Below are positions 23,258 to 36,482 of a DNA stretch of 64,000 nt, piece by piece; position 1 is the first letter of the stretch; the number at the start of each line of letters is the position of its first letter. Under the pieces are notes generated by a model that worked only from the letters and a program-made list of their open reading frames with translations, made no database searches and was not told where the DNA came from. Both the position numbers and the translations under genes were made by a program. The stretch is from Azolla caroliniana (lineage: Eukaryota; Plantae; Polypodiophyta), in the NCBI GenBank assembly GCA_043228905.1, contig JBHGNT010000005.1, forward strand, positions 3,224,001 through 3,288,000, read 5' to 3'.

Positions 23258-26200
23258 TGTTGGGATTACGGTCCCTCCGGATGGGATGATCGGATGTCCG
23301 GATATGAATGACGGCAAACCCGGTTTCGGAGCCGGATGATGAAGACCCGGTTTTGGAGCCGGATGATGAATGTACCCGGAGAGAGATCCGGATGCGGGGA
23401 CATACTTGTGAATATGTTTGCCAAGGGCCCTTGAGGCTACATTTGTAAATAAGCCCGAAAGTCATATGTGTATAAATATGACTTAGGGCAAACAGTTTTG
23501 TATATGCTACTCATTTTTCTGTTTTTCCACTCAAGAGGAGTGAAGAGAGAGCAGCCGTGAGAGAGATAGAGCGTGAGAGAGGAGGAGGTCGACGCCTCTG
23601 TGTATTTCCGCCGCCTGTGGCGAGGACAGCGAGCTCAAGGTCGTCGCCTTGCAGCTCACCATTGTATACTTCTTTGTGCATAGTTTTGGTTCGGAGTCTT
23701 GTACTCCCGTGGTTTTTCCCGTCTAGGGTTTTCCACGTTAATCCCTGTGTATTCGTGTTCTTTCTCTGTGGTTCCTATTTTCTGCTGCATTGATTCGTGC
23801 TTACTCGGTTGTGGCCGAGTGGTGAAGGTTAATCGGAGCGTCGATTTCTCTACAAACTGGTATCAGAGCGACTGCTGCAGAAAATGGAAGGCGGCGGCAG
23901 CGGGCAGCCGGGGATGATGGTGCTGAATGCGCAGAATTACGCCGACTGGAAGATCAAGATGGAGGATCTTCTGATTGTTCGGGACCTGTACGAACCGATC
24001 GACAGGTCGGAAATACCGAAGGGGGTACTTGAGTCGGAATGGAGGCTTCTGAACCGGAAAGCCGTAGCAACCATTCGGCAATACGTAGACGTGAGCATTC
24101 TACAACATGTGGCGAACGACACCAACGCATATGAGATGTGGCGGAAGCTGTCGGGCCTCTACGAGAGGAAGAATGCGTTGAACCGGACCTCCCTGATGAG
24201 GAAGATAGTGAACCTCAAGTACCGGGACGGCGAGAGTATGGTGGAACACGTAAGCACGTTCATGGGATTCGTGAACCGGCTTGCGGCGATCAAGTTCCCG
24301 CTGGAGGATGCAATGCAAGCCATCATTCTGATGTGTACATTGCCGGAAAGCTGGGAGAACTTGGTGGTGACTCTCAGCACCTCCTGCACCGAAGATAACT
24401 TGTCTCTACAAACGGTAAAGACAAGCATTCTAAATGAAGAAGCGCGTCGGAGAGATAAAGAACCGGTCTCCGACTCGAAGGCGCTGCTTACCGAATCGGA
24501 TCGGGGAAGACAATGGAACCGGAGTCCGCAAAGACGGGAGAAGTCGGGGACCCGGTCGCAATCAAGAGGAAGGCCCACATGCTTCCACTGTGGAAAGCCG
24601 GGGCACTTCCGGAAGAATTGTCGGCATTACCGAAAGGACAACGGAGCCGACGACACCGATTCGAAGAAGTCACCGGAGAGAAACGGTGCATACCGGGGAG
24701 CCACGGATCGGAGAGGTCCGGATCGGCGAGGGCAGGACAGGAAAGGAACGACGGCACTCGCGGCAAGTGAGGAAGAAATCATGCTCATCACCGAAGAAGG
24801 TGAACTAAACATTGCCGGCGATGAGACGACCTGGGTGGTCGATTCCGGAGCGTCGTTCCACCTGACCCCGGAAAGAAGATACTTCTCATCCTACACAGCC
24901 GGTGAACATGGCTGTGTTCGGATGGGAAATGAAGGTACGTGCCGGATTGCCGGCATAGGAGACGTGTGTTTGACAACCTCGACCGGATGCAAAATGCTGC
25001 TGAAGGACGTCCGACACGTTCCGGAGGTTCGATTGAACCTGATTTCGGCCGGGAGGCTAGACGATGAAGGCTACACAGGTAGCATCCGGAACGGCGTAAT
25101 GAAGTTCAGCAAGGGGAGCCTGATAGTGGCTCGGGCCCGGAAAGTCAACACACTGTACCTGATGAATGCCCGGTTATGTCCGGAAGAGCTGAATGTGGCA
25201 GCCGACACTGCCGGTGAGCTGTGGCACAAAAGACTGTGCCACATGAGTGAGAAGGGGATGAAGAGGCTTGCAGAAGACAACCTTATTCCAGTGAAACATG
25301 TGCACCTGGAGAAGTGCACCGATTGCCTGGCCGGTAAGCAGAACCGAACCTCCTTCCACTCAAGGCCACCGACGAGACGTAGTGTACCATTGGAGTTGGT
25401 ACACACTGATGTGTGTCAGGTAGAAACGAAGTCACATGGCAGAGCCCAGTACTTCGTGACATTCATTGATGATCACAGCCGGAAGCTGTGGACGGCACCG
25501 TTGAAGACAAAGGACCAAGTGTTGTTCGTCTTCAAAGAACTCCACGCAAGAGTGGAAAGAGAATCCGGCAAGAAGCTGAAAGCGATACGAGCGGATAACG
25601 GAGGGGAATACCGGGGGCAGTTCGCGGAGTACTGTCGCTCGAAAGGAATCCGGCTCGAGTTTACTGTGCCGAAGACGCCGGAACTGAACGGGCTGGCCGA
25701 GAGGATGAACCGGACCATAATGGAGAGGGTCCGGAGTATGCTGGCGCATGCGAAATTACCCAAGGGATTTTGGGCTGAGGCAATGTCGACGGCGACATAT
25801 GTGATAAATAGATCACCCTCAGTACCCCTGGATGGAGACACGCCACAGAGAGTGTGGACCGGTAAGGAAGTATCCTACCGGCATCTGAAGGTGTTCGGGT
25901 GTCTCGCATACGTGCATGTGGCAAAGGACCGGAGAGGAAAGCTAGATCCAAAGACCCGACCATGCATATTCCTCGGTTACGGCGACGACGAGTTCGGCTA
26001 CCGAGTATGGGACCCGGTCGACAAGAAGATATTCAGGAGTCGAGACATCATCTTCATGGAGGACAAGACACTCGCCGACTGGGAGTCGGAGAAGAAGATG
26101 AAGAGCTCCAAGTCGACCGGTGAGAATCAACTCTACGAGGAGCAGTCCCGACCGGCAAGGGACCGGTTAGCACTCGAGGATCCGGCCGAAGACAATGAAG

Positions 26201-28486
26201 AAACAGAACCGGCCGAGGAAGATGAAACTGATACCGGAACCGGCCCCGATCCCGAAATGGATTCGGATGAAGAGGAAACGGAGGAGCCGGTTACTGAAGC
26301 TCCGGAACGGAGATATCCTCTAAGAGAGAGAAGGGCCCCCCGGAGATTTCCGGAACCAGAGCACCTGTTGCTAACCGACGAGGGGGAGCCGGAGAGCTTT
26401 GAAGAAGCAAAGCATGACACCCATAGCCGCAGGTGGTTAAGTGCCATGCAGGAGGAGATGGATTCCCTGCATGAGAACCACACATATGAACTTGTGGAGT
26501 TGCCGAAAGGAAAACGGGCACTCCGTAACAAGTGTGTGTTCAAGCTGAAACCGGGAGATGCCGAAAACCCCCCGAGATACAAAGCCTCTATCCGGACGGT
26601 GCTGAGCATAGCGGCAAGCATGGACCTCGAGGTAGAACAGATGGACGTGAAGACGGCATTCCTTCACGGTGACCTCGAAGAAGAGATATACATGCAGCAA
26701 CCGGAAGGATTCGAGAAGAAAGAGAAGGAGCACTTGGTATGCCGGTTGAAGAAGAGCCTTTATGGTTTGAAGCAGGCTCCCCGGCAGTGGTACCGAAAGT
26801 TTGACTCCTTCATGACCGATGAAGGGTACTACAAAACGCAGTCCGACCACTGCGTGTTTGTGAAGAAGTTCGACGAAGGAGACCTTCTAATACTCCTCCT
26901 ATACGTGGACGACATGTTGATCGTCGGACGCGACCAGGTCAAGATACGGATGCTGAAGAAGGCTCTTCACCGAACCTTCTCAATGAAGGACCTGGGTCCG
27001 GCGAGGCAAATACTAGGGATGCACATCATCCGGGACCGGAAAAAGAAGCAGTTGTGGCTGTCACAGGAGAAGTACGTGACAAAGGTGCTTCAACGGTTCA
27101 ACATGTCGGAAGCAAGACCAGTCGGGTCGACTCTCCCGGCAAACTGCAAGCTGTCCAACAAGCAAAGTCCCAAGACAAAGGCTGAAAAGGAGGATATGAT
27201 GAAAGTGCCGTATGCCTCAGCCGTCGGGAGCTTGATGTACGCCATGGTGTGTACGAGACCGGACATAGGATATGCAGTCGGAGTGGTGAGCCGGTACATG
27301 AGCAATCCTGGCAAAGAGCATTGGAACGCGGCCAAGTGGATACTCCGATACCTGAAGGGCACGGCAAACGTGTGCCTCCGATTCGGCTCCGGTAAGGCCG
27401 AACTCGATGGCTTCACCGATTCGGATATGTCGGCTGATGCAGATACCAGCCGGTCCACATCAGGGTATGTGATGACGTATGCAGGGGGAGCCGTTTCGTG
27501 GCAGTCGAGGCTGCAGAAGACGGTTGCGTTGTCAACCACGGAGGCGGAGTACATGGCGGCTGTTGAAGCCGGCAAGGAAATAATATGGATGAAGGACTTC
27601 ATTAGAGAGCTCGGGATCCGGCAGGAGGAGTACCGACTCTACTGCGATAGTCAGAGTGCCATCCACCTTGCAAAGAACGCGGCCTACCATTCCCGGACGA
27701 AACACATCCAGCGTAGATACCATTGGATCCGGGAAAGGATAGAAGACAAGGAGTTCGTGCTGACGAAGATCCACACGGACGAGAACGGGTCGGATATGCT
27801 GACCAAGGTGCTCACACCCGACAAGCTGGAAGCATGCCGGAAGAGGATCGGATTGGAGAGACATCCCATGCCGAAGTGAAGGGGGAGTTTGTTGGGATTA
27901 CGGTCCCTCCGGATGGGATGATCGGATGTCCGGATATGAATGACGGCAAACCCGGTTTCGGAGCCGGATGATGAAGACCCGGTTTCGGAGCCGGATGATG
28001 AATGTACCCGGAGAGAGATCCGGATGCGGGGACATACTTGTGAATATGTTTGCCAAGGGCCCTTGAGGCTACATTTGTAAATAAGCCCGAAAGTCATATG
28101 TGTATAAATATGACTTAGGGCAAACAGTTTTGTATATGCTACTCATTTTTCTGTTTTTCCACTCAAGAGGAGTGAAGAGAGAGCAGCCGTGAGAGAGATA
28201 GAGCGTGAGAGAGGAGGAGGTCGACGCCTCTGTGTATTTCCGCCGCCTGTGGCGAGGACAGCGAGCTCAAGGTCGTCGCCTTGCAGCTCACCATTGTATA
28301 CTTCTTTGTGCATAGTTTTGGTTCGGAGTCTTGTACTCCCGTGGTTTTTCCCGTCTAGGGTTTTCCACGTTAATCCCTGTGTATTCGTGTTCTTTCTCTG
28401 TGGTTCCTATTTTCTGCTGCATTGATTCGTGCTTACTCGGTTGTGGCCGAGTGGTGAAGGTTAATCGGAGCGTCGATTTCTCTACA
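23258..28486 (+). mobile_element. Full-length Ty1/copia element, same family as 12516-17939, very recent
   Basis: 597-bp LTRs at 23258-23854 and 27890-28486 (about one difference seen); TSD AAATG; PBS TGGTATCAGAGC 23858-23869; PPT before 27890. Confidence 0.97.
23884..27879 (+). CDS. Copia gag-pol polyprotein (1331 aa) with a 26-aa in-frame deletion in RT
   Basis: Uninterrupted ORF with knuckle, protease, integrase, RT and RNase H. Reads YKA|SIRTV where the sister element has YKARIVVKGFQQKKGVDFDEIFAPVVKMTSIRTV. Confidence 0.92.
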   Translation: MEGGGSGQPGMMVLNAQNYADWKIKMEDLLIVRDLYEPIDRSEIPKGVLESEWRLLNRKAVATIRQYVDVSILQHVANDTNAYEMWRKLSGLYERKNALNRTSLMRKIVNLKYRDGESMVEHVSTFMGFVNRLAAIKFPLEDAMQAIILMCTLPESWENLVVTLSTSCTEDNLSLQTVKTSILNEEARRRDKEPVSDSKALLTESDRGRQWNRSPQRREKSGTRSQSRGRPTCFHCGKPGHFRKNCRHYRKDNGADDTDSKKSPERNGAYRGATDRRGPDRRGQDRKGTTALAASEEEIMLITEEGELNIAGDETTWVVDSGASFHLTPERRYFSSYTAGEHGCVRMGNEGTCRIAGIGDVCLTTSTGCKMLLKDVRHVPEVRLNLISAGRLDDEGYTGSIRNGVMKFSKGSLIVARARKVNTLYLMNARLCPEELNVAADTAGELWHKRLCHMSEKGMKRLAEDNLIPVKHVHLEKCTDCLAGKQNRTSFHSRPPTRRSVPLELVHTDVCQVETKSHGRAQYFVTFIDDHSRKLWTAPLKTKDQVLFVFKELHARVERESGKKLKAIRADNGGEYRGQFAEYCRSKGIRLEFTVPKTPELNGLAERMNRTIMERVRSMLAHAKLPKGFWAEAMSTATYVINRSPSVPLDGDTPQRVWTGKEVSYRHLKVFGCLAYVHVAKDRRGKLDPKTRPCIFLGYGDDEFGYRVWDPVDKKIFRSRDIIFMEDKTLADWESEKKMKSSKSTGENQLYEEQSRPARDRLALEDPAEDNEETEPAEEDETDTGTGPDPEMDSDEEETEEPVTEAPERRYPLRERRAPRRFPEPEHLLLTDEGEPESFEEAKHDTHSRRWLSAMQEEMDSLHENHTYELVELPKGKRALRNKCVFKLKPGDAENPPRYKASIRTVLSIAASMDLEVEQMDVKTAFLHGDLEEEIYMQQPEGFEKKEKEHLVCRLKKSLYGLKQAPRQWYRKFDSFMTDEGYYKTQSDHCVFVKKFDEGDLLILLLYVDDMLIVGRDQVKIRMLKKALHRTFSMKDLGPARQILGMHIIRDRKKKQLWLSQEKYVTKVLQRFNMSEARPVGSTLPANCKLSNKQSPKTKAEKEDMMKVPYASAVGSLMYAMVCTRPDIGYAVGVVSRYMSNPGKEHWNAAKWILRYLKGTANVCLRFGSGKAELDGFTDSDMSADADTSRSTSGYVMTYAGGAVSWQSRLQKTVALSTTEAEYMAAVEAGKEIIWMKDFIRELGIRQEEYRLYCDSQSAIHLAKNAAYHSRTKHIQRRYHWIRERIEDKEFVLTKIHTDENGSDMLTKVLTPDKLEACRKRIGLERHPMPK

Positions 28487-30846
28487 AAATGTGTACTTGT
28501 TGGGAGGGCAATTTGGTAGAAAAGATGATGGTTTATTTGGAAGGGGGAACAAGGTAATGAGGGAGGTAGTTGGGCCAAAGATAGAGGTGATGCAAATATA
28601 ATGGAGTAAGACAAGGTGTAAGTGAGTTGTTGAGTAGGCAATGGAGCACATTGATTTCATTGAATATTTGAGGGGAGGCAACTAGAAGTTTTGTATGAGC
28701 TTGGTGATCTCAAGAAACTCCGTCAAGTTAGAGGTAGAGCAAGACAACTTGGTGTAGACTTAAAACCCAAATGAAGCTCTATGTTAATGTGATGCAAAAA
28801 CAATGGGGCAAAATATTCTTGTTGGCATGTATGTTGAATGCTAAACCTTAAGCTAGAGTATTTTGGCATGGCAAAGACGGCATGCCATGGTTGTGAGCAG
28901 CCAAATTTGATCTGAGCAAGCGGTGGAAGAAAGTCTTATAAGGTCAAGGTCCTAAGTAGTTATCCTCAAGATGTTACATTAGACAATCTTTTATCACATT
29001 ACGCTAAAGAATAATGCAAAAGCAATGCCCTTTACTATTAATATATAAACTACTCATTCTTGCCATTATGATCTAACAATATACTTTTTATAATTTTATA
29101 AACTATATAATTATTGTAGTACTACAAACATGATTTTCCGTTTTAAGTTTAGCTACACTAAAGTGCATTAAACCACTAATACAATGAAAAGAGAAACTAA
29201 ACAAAAGAATAATAAACAAGTCTGTTAATGCTAAAGTGCAATATGAAATCATGGCCTCCAATATCACTTACAAACTTCAAATATATATGGACCTCCAACA
29301 ACCAACAACACATTTTTTGAGTATTTGAATCTTAAAATCGTGAGTACAAGTCGTAAGAGAGTATGCTTTCATTATAAATGTTCACCATGCTTTAGTATGA
29401 GATCATGCATAGTAAAAACCTAATGCTTAAAGTAGCATTGATATACATATACTCGTTCTTATACTTTAGGAAATGACCCTCGGCAAAAACACAATTCGGC
29501 CTTTAAAGTTTTTGTACTTTAGGAACGTACCTTCTACCTCATGCATTACTCAATTAATAAAACACCATCAACTCAACTAATCTTCACCTTGTGATAAGAC
29601 TTAAATAGCTCCTAATCGCTTTCGATACCTTTAATTCTTTTCAACCACTCACCAATTGGCTAGTACTAGTTATAATGTGTGCTTACTAAGATTGTACACA
29701 TTTATTTTGTACTTCATTGATACACCTCATGATTCATGTCGCTACATTGATATTATTGTATTGGCAAGTCATCCACTTTGGCACATAAATAGGGTGCCTT
29801 TTATAGCTAACAAATATCGATGGAGAACAAGTGGAAAAACGATTTATTAATGAGAGACAATACCATAAGGGATACAAGTTACAAACACTTGTATCCAAGT
29901 TTCTAGTATTGTCGACCCAAAGATAATACTATTGTACTATTTCCGAGTTGGTTAACCCTTGTTATAAACACAAACTCTAAGATATCTATTCAACCAAAGT
30001 AATAGCAAAAGAAAAGATGAAACAAGCTATTGATTGATACGCCAAGGTACAAATAGTCTTCCCAAAAGAGAAAAACAAGTATGATGTCAATGACCTTCAA
30101 AACCATTTCGATCATGTGATACATATGTTTTCTTATTACTTTTTATGTGTGACATTTAAAAATATTTACTCTCCTTAACATTTCCCTTATGACATAGAAA
30201 TTAGTTATGCTTCCAATGTTGTTTGAGGAGAGACAAATTTCAAATAATGCTAAGCAATTTTTCTTCTATATACATATGTACAAAAGCAAAACCAATCATA
30301 CAACCACATGAATTGACTCTTCATACCAGTTACAACCTAAAGGTTCTTAATACTTTATGACTTCTTTGCGATGTTTTTTTGAAATATTTATGATATTTTC
30401 AGTACCCCAACAATTAAAGCTTCAAACCAACCAAACTTGAACATTCAACCTAAAAGTTGTTTATGCTTTACAATAATTTTTTGTTTCTTTCAACTTTGGA
30501 GCATAAAATTTCAAGAAACAATGATGTAGCTTTTGATTCGAACAAAGCACATCTAAACTACTGTCAGGTGTTGAAGTAGAGACATAAATGTATTACATCA
30601 AACTCATTCAAAGAAGAAAAAGAAAATGTCTTACAGCAAACCCATTCATAGGAATAAAATAACATTTACAATATGATGAAATAGGATGACTTTAGAAAGC
30701 CATTCCTTGGGACTAGAGTTTGCATTTGACAGGTGGTACCCAAACGAATCGCAGAGGGGCACACTGATGCCGAGCAGCACGATGGTGAAACGAGCAACGC
30801 ATGAGATGGGACAGAGTTTCAAGTGCACAAGGATAGACAAAAAACA

Positions 30847-31174
30847 TGTTGAGCGGCTAGCTCAACCGGAGCCGGATCGGCTGAATAAGCCGGAGCCGGT
30901 AAGCGAGACGGATCGGGCGAAACGGATCGGTATGACGGTGAGCAACCGAACCGGCAAGCAGTGGAGGCCGGGTGCAATCCGTAACCGGCAGTCCAATCGG
31001 AAGCCTAGTATAGGATAGACTACTAGGTAGCTATAGTCTCGTAGTAAGTGTCAGATGCTCGTGTGAGCATTGAAGTACATGGTACTTCTATCAGTCCCAA
31101 GAGGACTTGTATAAATAGTGCTACTTAGCATAGTGTGTAGATAGAGTCTTGATATAATTTTGAAATTACGTTCT

Positions 31175-31208
<34 letters not shown>

Positions 31209-34200
31209 GTTCTCTGTTTTATGCTTCCGCAAACACTCACGTTTACATGGTATCAGAGCGCGAGGGTTGAGAACCTCTGCTGCATACATTTACTCTTGAG
31301 AAGAAAACCCTAACAGGTCGAAAACAGACACAGTAGAAGACATGGATAGAGGCATGGCTACGTCGCTCCCTGTGGAGAAGCTCGACAGGAGCAACTACGC
31401 ATCCTGGTCTTACAAGATGCACCAGTACCTGCATGGACACGGGTACTGGAGTTATGTCGAAGGAGTGAATGATGCGGCACCCGACTCGGCACAGAAGGAC
31501 TTCCCGGTATGGGAACAAGCGGCAAGCAGGGTGATGTACTGCTTCGCGTCCAGTGTCGGCGATCAGCTGCTCAGCCACATCCGTGACGCCAAGACACCAA
31601 AGGATGCTTGGGGGAACCTGAAAAAGGTTTTCGCCGCAAGCACCACTGCCCAGAAGTTGCAACTCAGACATGAGTTGAGCAATGTTCGACAGAAGAACAT
31701 GTCCGTGGCAAACTACACGGGCCGGATAAAGGAGATCTGCGACTCGCTCGCCTCTATCAATATTGCCGTAAAGGAAGACGAGATGGTGCAGGTATGTCTC
31801 GGAGGCCTGGCGTCCAAGCTCGGAGCGGTCCGGACTGCGGTGTGTACAAGGGAGAATACCCCCTCATTCTTCGACTTACAGTCGATGCTCCTTGTAGAGG
31901 AGAACCACGCCGGTGCATCTACCAGTGCATCCCCGGACAGCCGAATGTTGTACACGGGAACGGATCGGTTCCATGGGCGTGGTGGAAGAGGTGGGTCGGC
32001 ACGCAATGGAGGCGGCCGGCAAGAGCAGGAACGGAGGCACTATGAGTGTGCCGACAGCAGTTCCGGGACTTCCACAAGCAGGGGGAGTCAAGGCGGTGCC
32101 GGAGTCTAGCAAGACAAATCCGCTACGGAATGCTGGTACTGTGGCAAAAAAGGCCACAGGGAAAGCGAGTGTTGGAGAAAGCGTGCCGATTCGGACAAAT
32201 CCGGATCCAGCAAGACCGGTAAGGATGGCCGGCAAAACTCGCACTACGCGAACGGATCAGGAGGATCCGGAACCGGAAAGGCCGGTAAGGGGCCAACCTT
32301 GGTGATGAATCACAAGGCAAACTCAATGAAGAAGACCACTTCCAAAACGGAGGAAGTGTGGTATGTTGATTCCGGCGCGTCGAACCACATGACGAGCCAC
32401 AAAGAGTGGTTCTCCTTTATGGAGAAACCGGATCAACCAGGAGTAGTCGAAACCGGAGACGACACTCCTCACCCAATCGTGCACGTCGGAGAAGTCTCTC
32501 TAAGCCACGTTGGACAGAAAGGGAAGCTGATGAACGTATTCCACGTTCCGACAATCACGAAGAACCTGGTGTCCGTCGGTCAGATTGTCGACCAGGGGAT
32601 GCAGGTGCGGTTTACGCACCTCGGGTGCTTCATTGAGGATGAGGGCGAAGTCATTGCGCAAGGGCGTAGAGACGGGAGGATGTTTATCCTCAACACCAAC
32701 GGTGTGGCCGAAAGGAAGAACCTGACACTCGTCGAAGCGGCAAGGGCAATGCTGGAGGAGAAGAGCATGCCCCGGTTCTACTGGGCGAAGGCGGTCCGGA
32801 CGGCCGTCTACATACAAAATCGCATTGGTGACAAGGTGTCAGCTCATGAGCTGTATTTCGGGCGCAAGCCGAACTTAAGACACCTTCGGATATTCGGCAG
32901 CATAGCGTATGTGCATGTGCCGGATCTGAAGCGGAGAAAGCTGGATGCAAAATCGGAAAAATGCATCCTAGTCGGCTATGCTCAAGAGCAAAAGGGGTAT
33001 AAGTGCTATAACCCCCGGACGAAGGAAGTTCGAGTTAGCCGGGATGTCGAGTTCGATGAATCGGCATCTTGGTACTCCGTACTGACTCCGACTTCCGATC
33101 CCGACCCAATGACGGAAGATCAGGCTAGTGAGCCTGAATCAACCCTGGCAGAGGATGATGAAGCCGGGACTCAAGATGAGAGTCCAGAATCGTTACGGTT
33201 GAGTGGACCGAACGAGCGACTGAGTCTGTTGGACCAGTCGGATGAAGAGACGGCAAGTGGTGGAGACTCTGTCGTGCTCTCCCCGCGCAAGGAACCGAGG
33301 AAACGGTTCATGCGCAAAGAGAAGGGGAAGAGGAAGATGCCGGAATTCGAAACCGGCAACGATGAGACAGATCGATGCGTATCCGACTCCGGAAAGGAGA
33401 AAGGCGGATCTTCGGCAACGAAGACCGAACTGGCCAAGAAGGGCCTCAAATCAGGTGACGGTGCGTTGCGCCGATCAACCCGCCAGAAGGATCCCGTCAT
33501 GCGGTACGGGTACAATGAATACATGGCGCATCATTATGCGTACATGACTAAGGTGACAGAAGTGCGTGAGCCGGAGAGCTATGCAGAAGCGGCAAAGGAT
33601 GCAAATTTGCGTGTCGTTATGGACGAAGAAATGCGGGCACTTGATGCCAACGAAACTTGGGACCTAGTTGATCCTCCCCGTCACTGGAAACCAATCGGAT
33701 GCAAGTGGGTGTACAAGGTCAAGTACAATGCCGACGGTTCTGTTAACCGGTACAAAGCCCGGTTAGTGGCGAAGGGATACGCGCAGACCCACGGAATCGA
33801 CTACGACGAAACCTTCGCTCCTGTGGCGAAGATGACGACAGTTCGTGTGGTACTGGCGGTTGCTGCGGCAAGGGGGTGGCATCTTCACCAGATGGATGTG
33901 AAGAACGCCTTCCTTCAAGGAGAGCTTGAAGAAGAAGTCTTTATGACTCAGCCCCCCGGATTTCAATCGGAGATGAACAAATCGGCGGTATGCCGACTGA
34001 AGAAGTCGCTTTACGGCTTGAAGCAAGCCCCCCGAGCTTGGAACGCGAAGATCACGCACCGGTTGCATAAGCTGGGGTTTGTTGTCTCTAAGTCGGACTC
34101 TTCGTTGTTCATCCGGCAAGGCTCTGACGGTCCGGTATGTATACTCTTGTATGTGGATGATTTAGTCATCACTGGACCGGGTCTTCCCGAAATCAACCGC

Positions 34201-36233
34201 GTCAAGTCCCAGTTGTCGGACGCATTCGAAATGAAGGACCTGGGGGACCTTCGTTATTTTCTTGGGATCGAAGTGATCCAGACCCCCGACGGCATATTGC
34301 TCTCACAACGACATTACGTGTTGAATATGCTGTATAAGTTCGGCATGATGGATTGTCAACTTGTCTCCACACCCCTAGATCGGAACCAGAAGCTCCATCC
34401 CAACTCCGGACCGGCCTGCAATGAGAAACGGTTTCGACAGGTTGTCGGAAGCCTGATCTACTTAACCATCACCCGACCCGATATCAGCTATCCGGTCGGC
34501 ATGGTAAGTCAGTTCATGCAGAAGCCGACCGTGGAGCACCTTCAGTGCGCACAACGAATATTACGGTATGTCAGTGGCACTAAGGATCGGGGTTTGCTAT
34601 ACCGGCGAGGTATACCCGAAGAGCTTGTCGGTTACACAGATGCTGACTGGGCCGACGATGCGTCTGATCGCCGCTCCACTTCCGGATACATGTTCTCCAT
34701 AGGTAGCGCGGCCGTTGCGTGGAGCAGCAAGAAGCAGCCCACAGTGGCTTTGTCAAGCATTGAGGCTGAGTACCGGGCCGCTACCGTTGCCACTTGTGAA
34801 GCCATCTGGCTTCGGCAACTGCTGCGAGACTTGCGGATCGAGGTACCGACCCCGATCCCGATTTACTGCGATAACATGAGCAGCCTGCAGCTCGCCAGGA
34901 ACCCTGTGTTCCATGCTTGCACAAAGCACATCGAGGTGCACTACCACTTCGTGCGTGAGCGGGTCCTGAGCGGTGAAGTTGACCTACGGTATGTTCATAC
35001 GGATCGGCATATTGTCGACATCTTCACCAAGCCGCTCGGATCGGACAAGTTGCAGCACTTTACCGACATGCTTGGTATTCAGCATCTTGACGTGCCGCAC
35101 TTGAGGGGGAGAAGCAAGGGCAAAGTCTCTACCGAAATGGGCAAAGGCCAAAAAATCGTTGAACCCGTCGGAAAGAGGAGAGCCGGAAGAAGAGGAGACA
35201 AGAAGATGAAGGAAGCCGAGTCGACGAAGGAAGTCGACACATCCGAACAGGTCGGAGTAAGCGGTTGTGAAGAAGAGTTGTGCACTCAGGAAGAGAAGTG
35301 CATGTTGTGCGGAGGTCATCACGACGGTACTGACCATGATACAGAGTCAAATGAAGAATTCGATTTCAGTTCACCGGCTGAAGAAGCCGAGGGAAGCATG
35401 GAGAAAGCCAAGCCTCGGAAGTGGTCCGATGTGGTGAGAGGCCTGGAGCCGGAAGTTGAATCGGAGTGTACCGATTCGAACAAGAGCTTGAACGAGTCGG
35501 AGACAACAGACTCGGATCATTAGATGGATCCGGATGAGTCGGATCGACTGAAGGCCAAGGGGACACAGACACAGCGGAAGTCGATGCCATCGTGGGAGAA
35601 CCGACGGATCGGCAAGCGCCGGAGTCACAACAACGTGAGTGCTGAGATGGGCCTATTGAGCAGACGCCGACCGAGAGGGTCGAGGCGCGCAGAACCAAAG
35701 GGGTCGCGGCAAACGGGACCGGACCAGACGAGGAGCGCAAGCAAGGCGGAGTGACGCCAGGAGAAGTCGGTTGGAAGAATCGACTGCCACAGAGGTTGAC
35801 ACTACGACCCCACCTTAGGTTGAGCTTGAGGGGGAGTGTTGAGTGGCAAGCTCAACCGGAGCCGGATCGGCTGAATAAGCCGGAGCCGGTAAGCGAGACG
35901 GATCAGGCGAAACGGATCGGTATGACGGTGAGCAACGGAACCGGCAAGCAGTGGAGGCCGAGTGCAATCCATAACCGGCAGTCCAATCGGAAGCCTAGTA
36001 TAGGATAGACTACTAGGTAGCTATAGTCTCGTAGTAAGTGTCAGATGCTCGTGTGAGCATTGAAGTACATGGTACTTCTATCAGTCCCAAGAGGACTTGT
36101 ATAAATAGTGCTACTTAGCACAGTGTGTAGATAGAGTCTTGATATAATTTTGAAATTACGTTCTACTCTCTCTGTCTCTCTCTCTCTCTGTGTTATTCTC
36201 TGTTTTACGCTTCCGCAAACACTCACGTTTACA
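30847..36233 (+). mobile_element. Ty1/copia element of a second lineage (Ale-like), defective
   Basis: LTRs 30847-31247 and 35837-36233; TSD AAACA; PBS 31248-31259; PPT 35827-35836. gag from 31342 with a TAG at 32107 before the CWYCGKKGHRESEC knuckle; integrase N-terminus and much of the core deleted at ~32695; RT and RNase H in ORF 32299-35523. Confidence 0.94.
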
Positions 36234-36482
36234 AAACATCAAAGCGACACACAAGAGACTCAAGAAACACTTCCATCAGGAAAGTTCGTGTTTTTCATGA
36301 TCGAGAAAGCATTGCGGCTACCCGAGAAGAGACCCAATGCAAAGAAGAGCAACAGAACACATTGAAAAAAAAGAAACAGAGTAATCATAATAATAATAAC
36401 AATGAGAGAGAAGATGAAGATATGCTGGTTAATAATCACAATGAGTAAATACTGATTCGAATTAATGTTAGTGGCTAGATGT

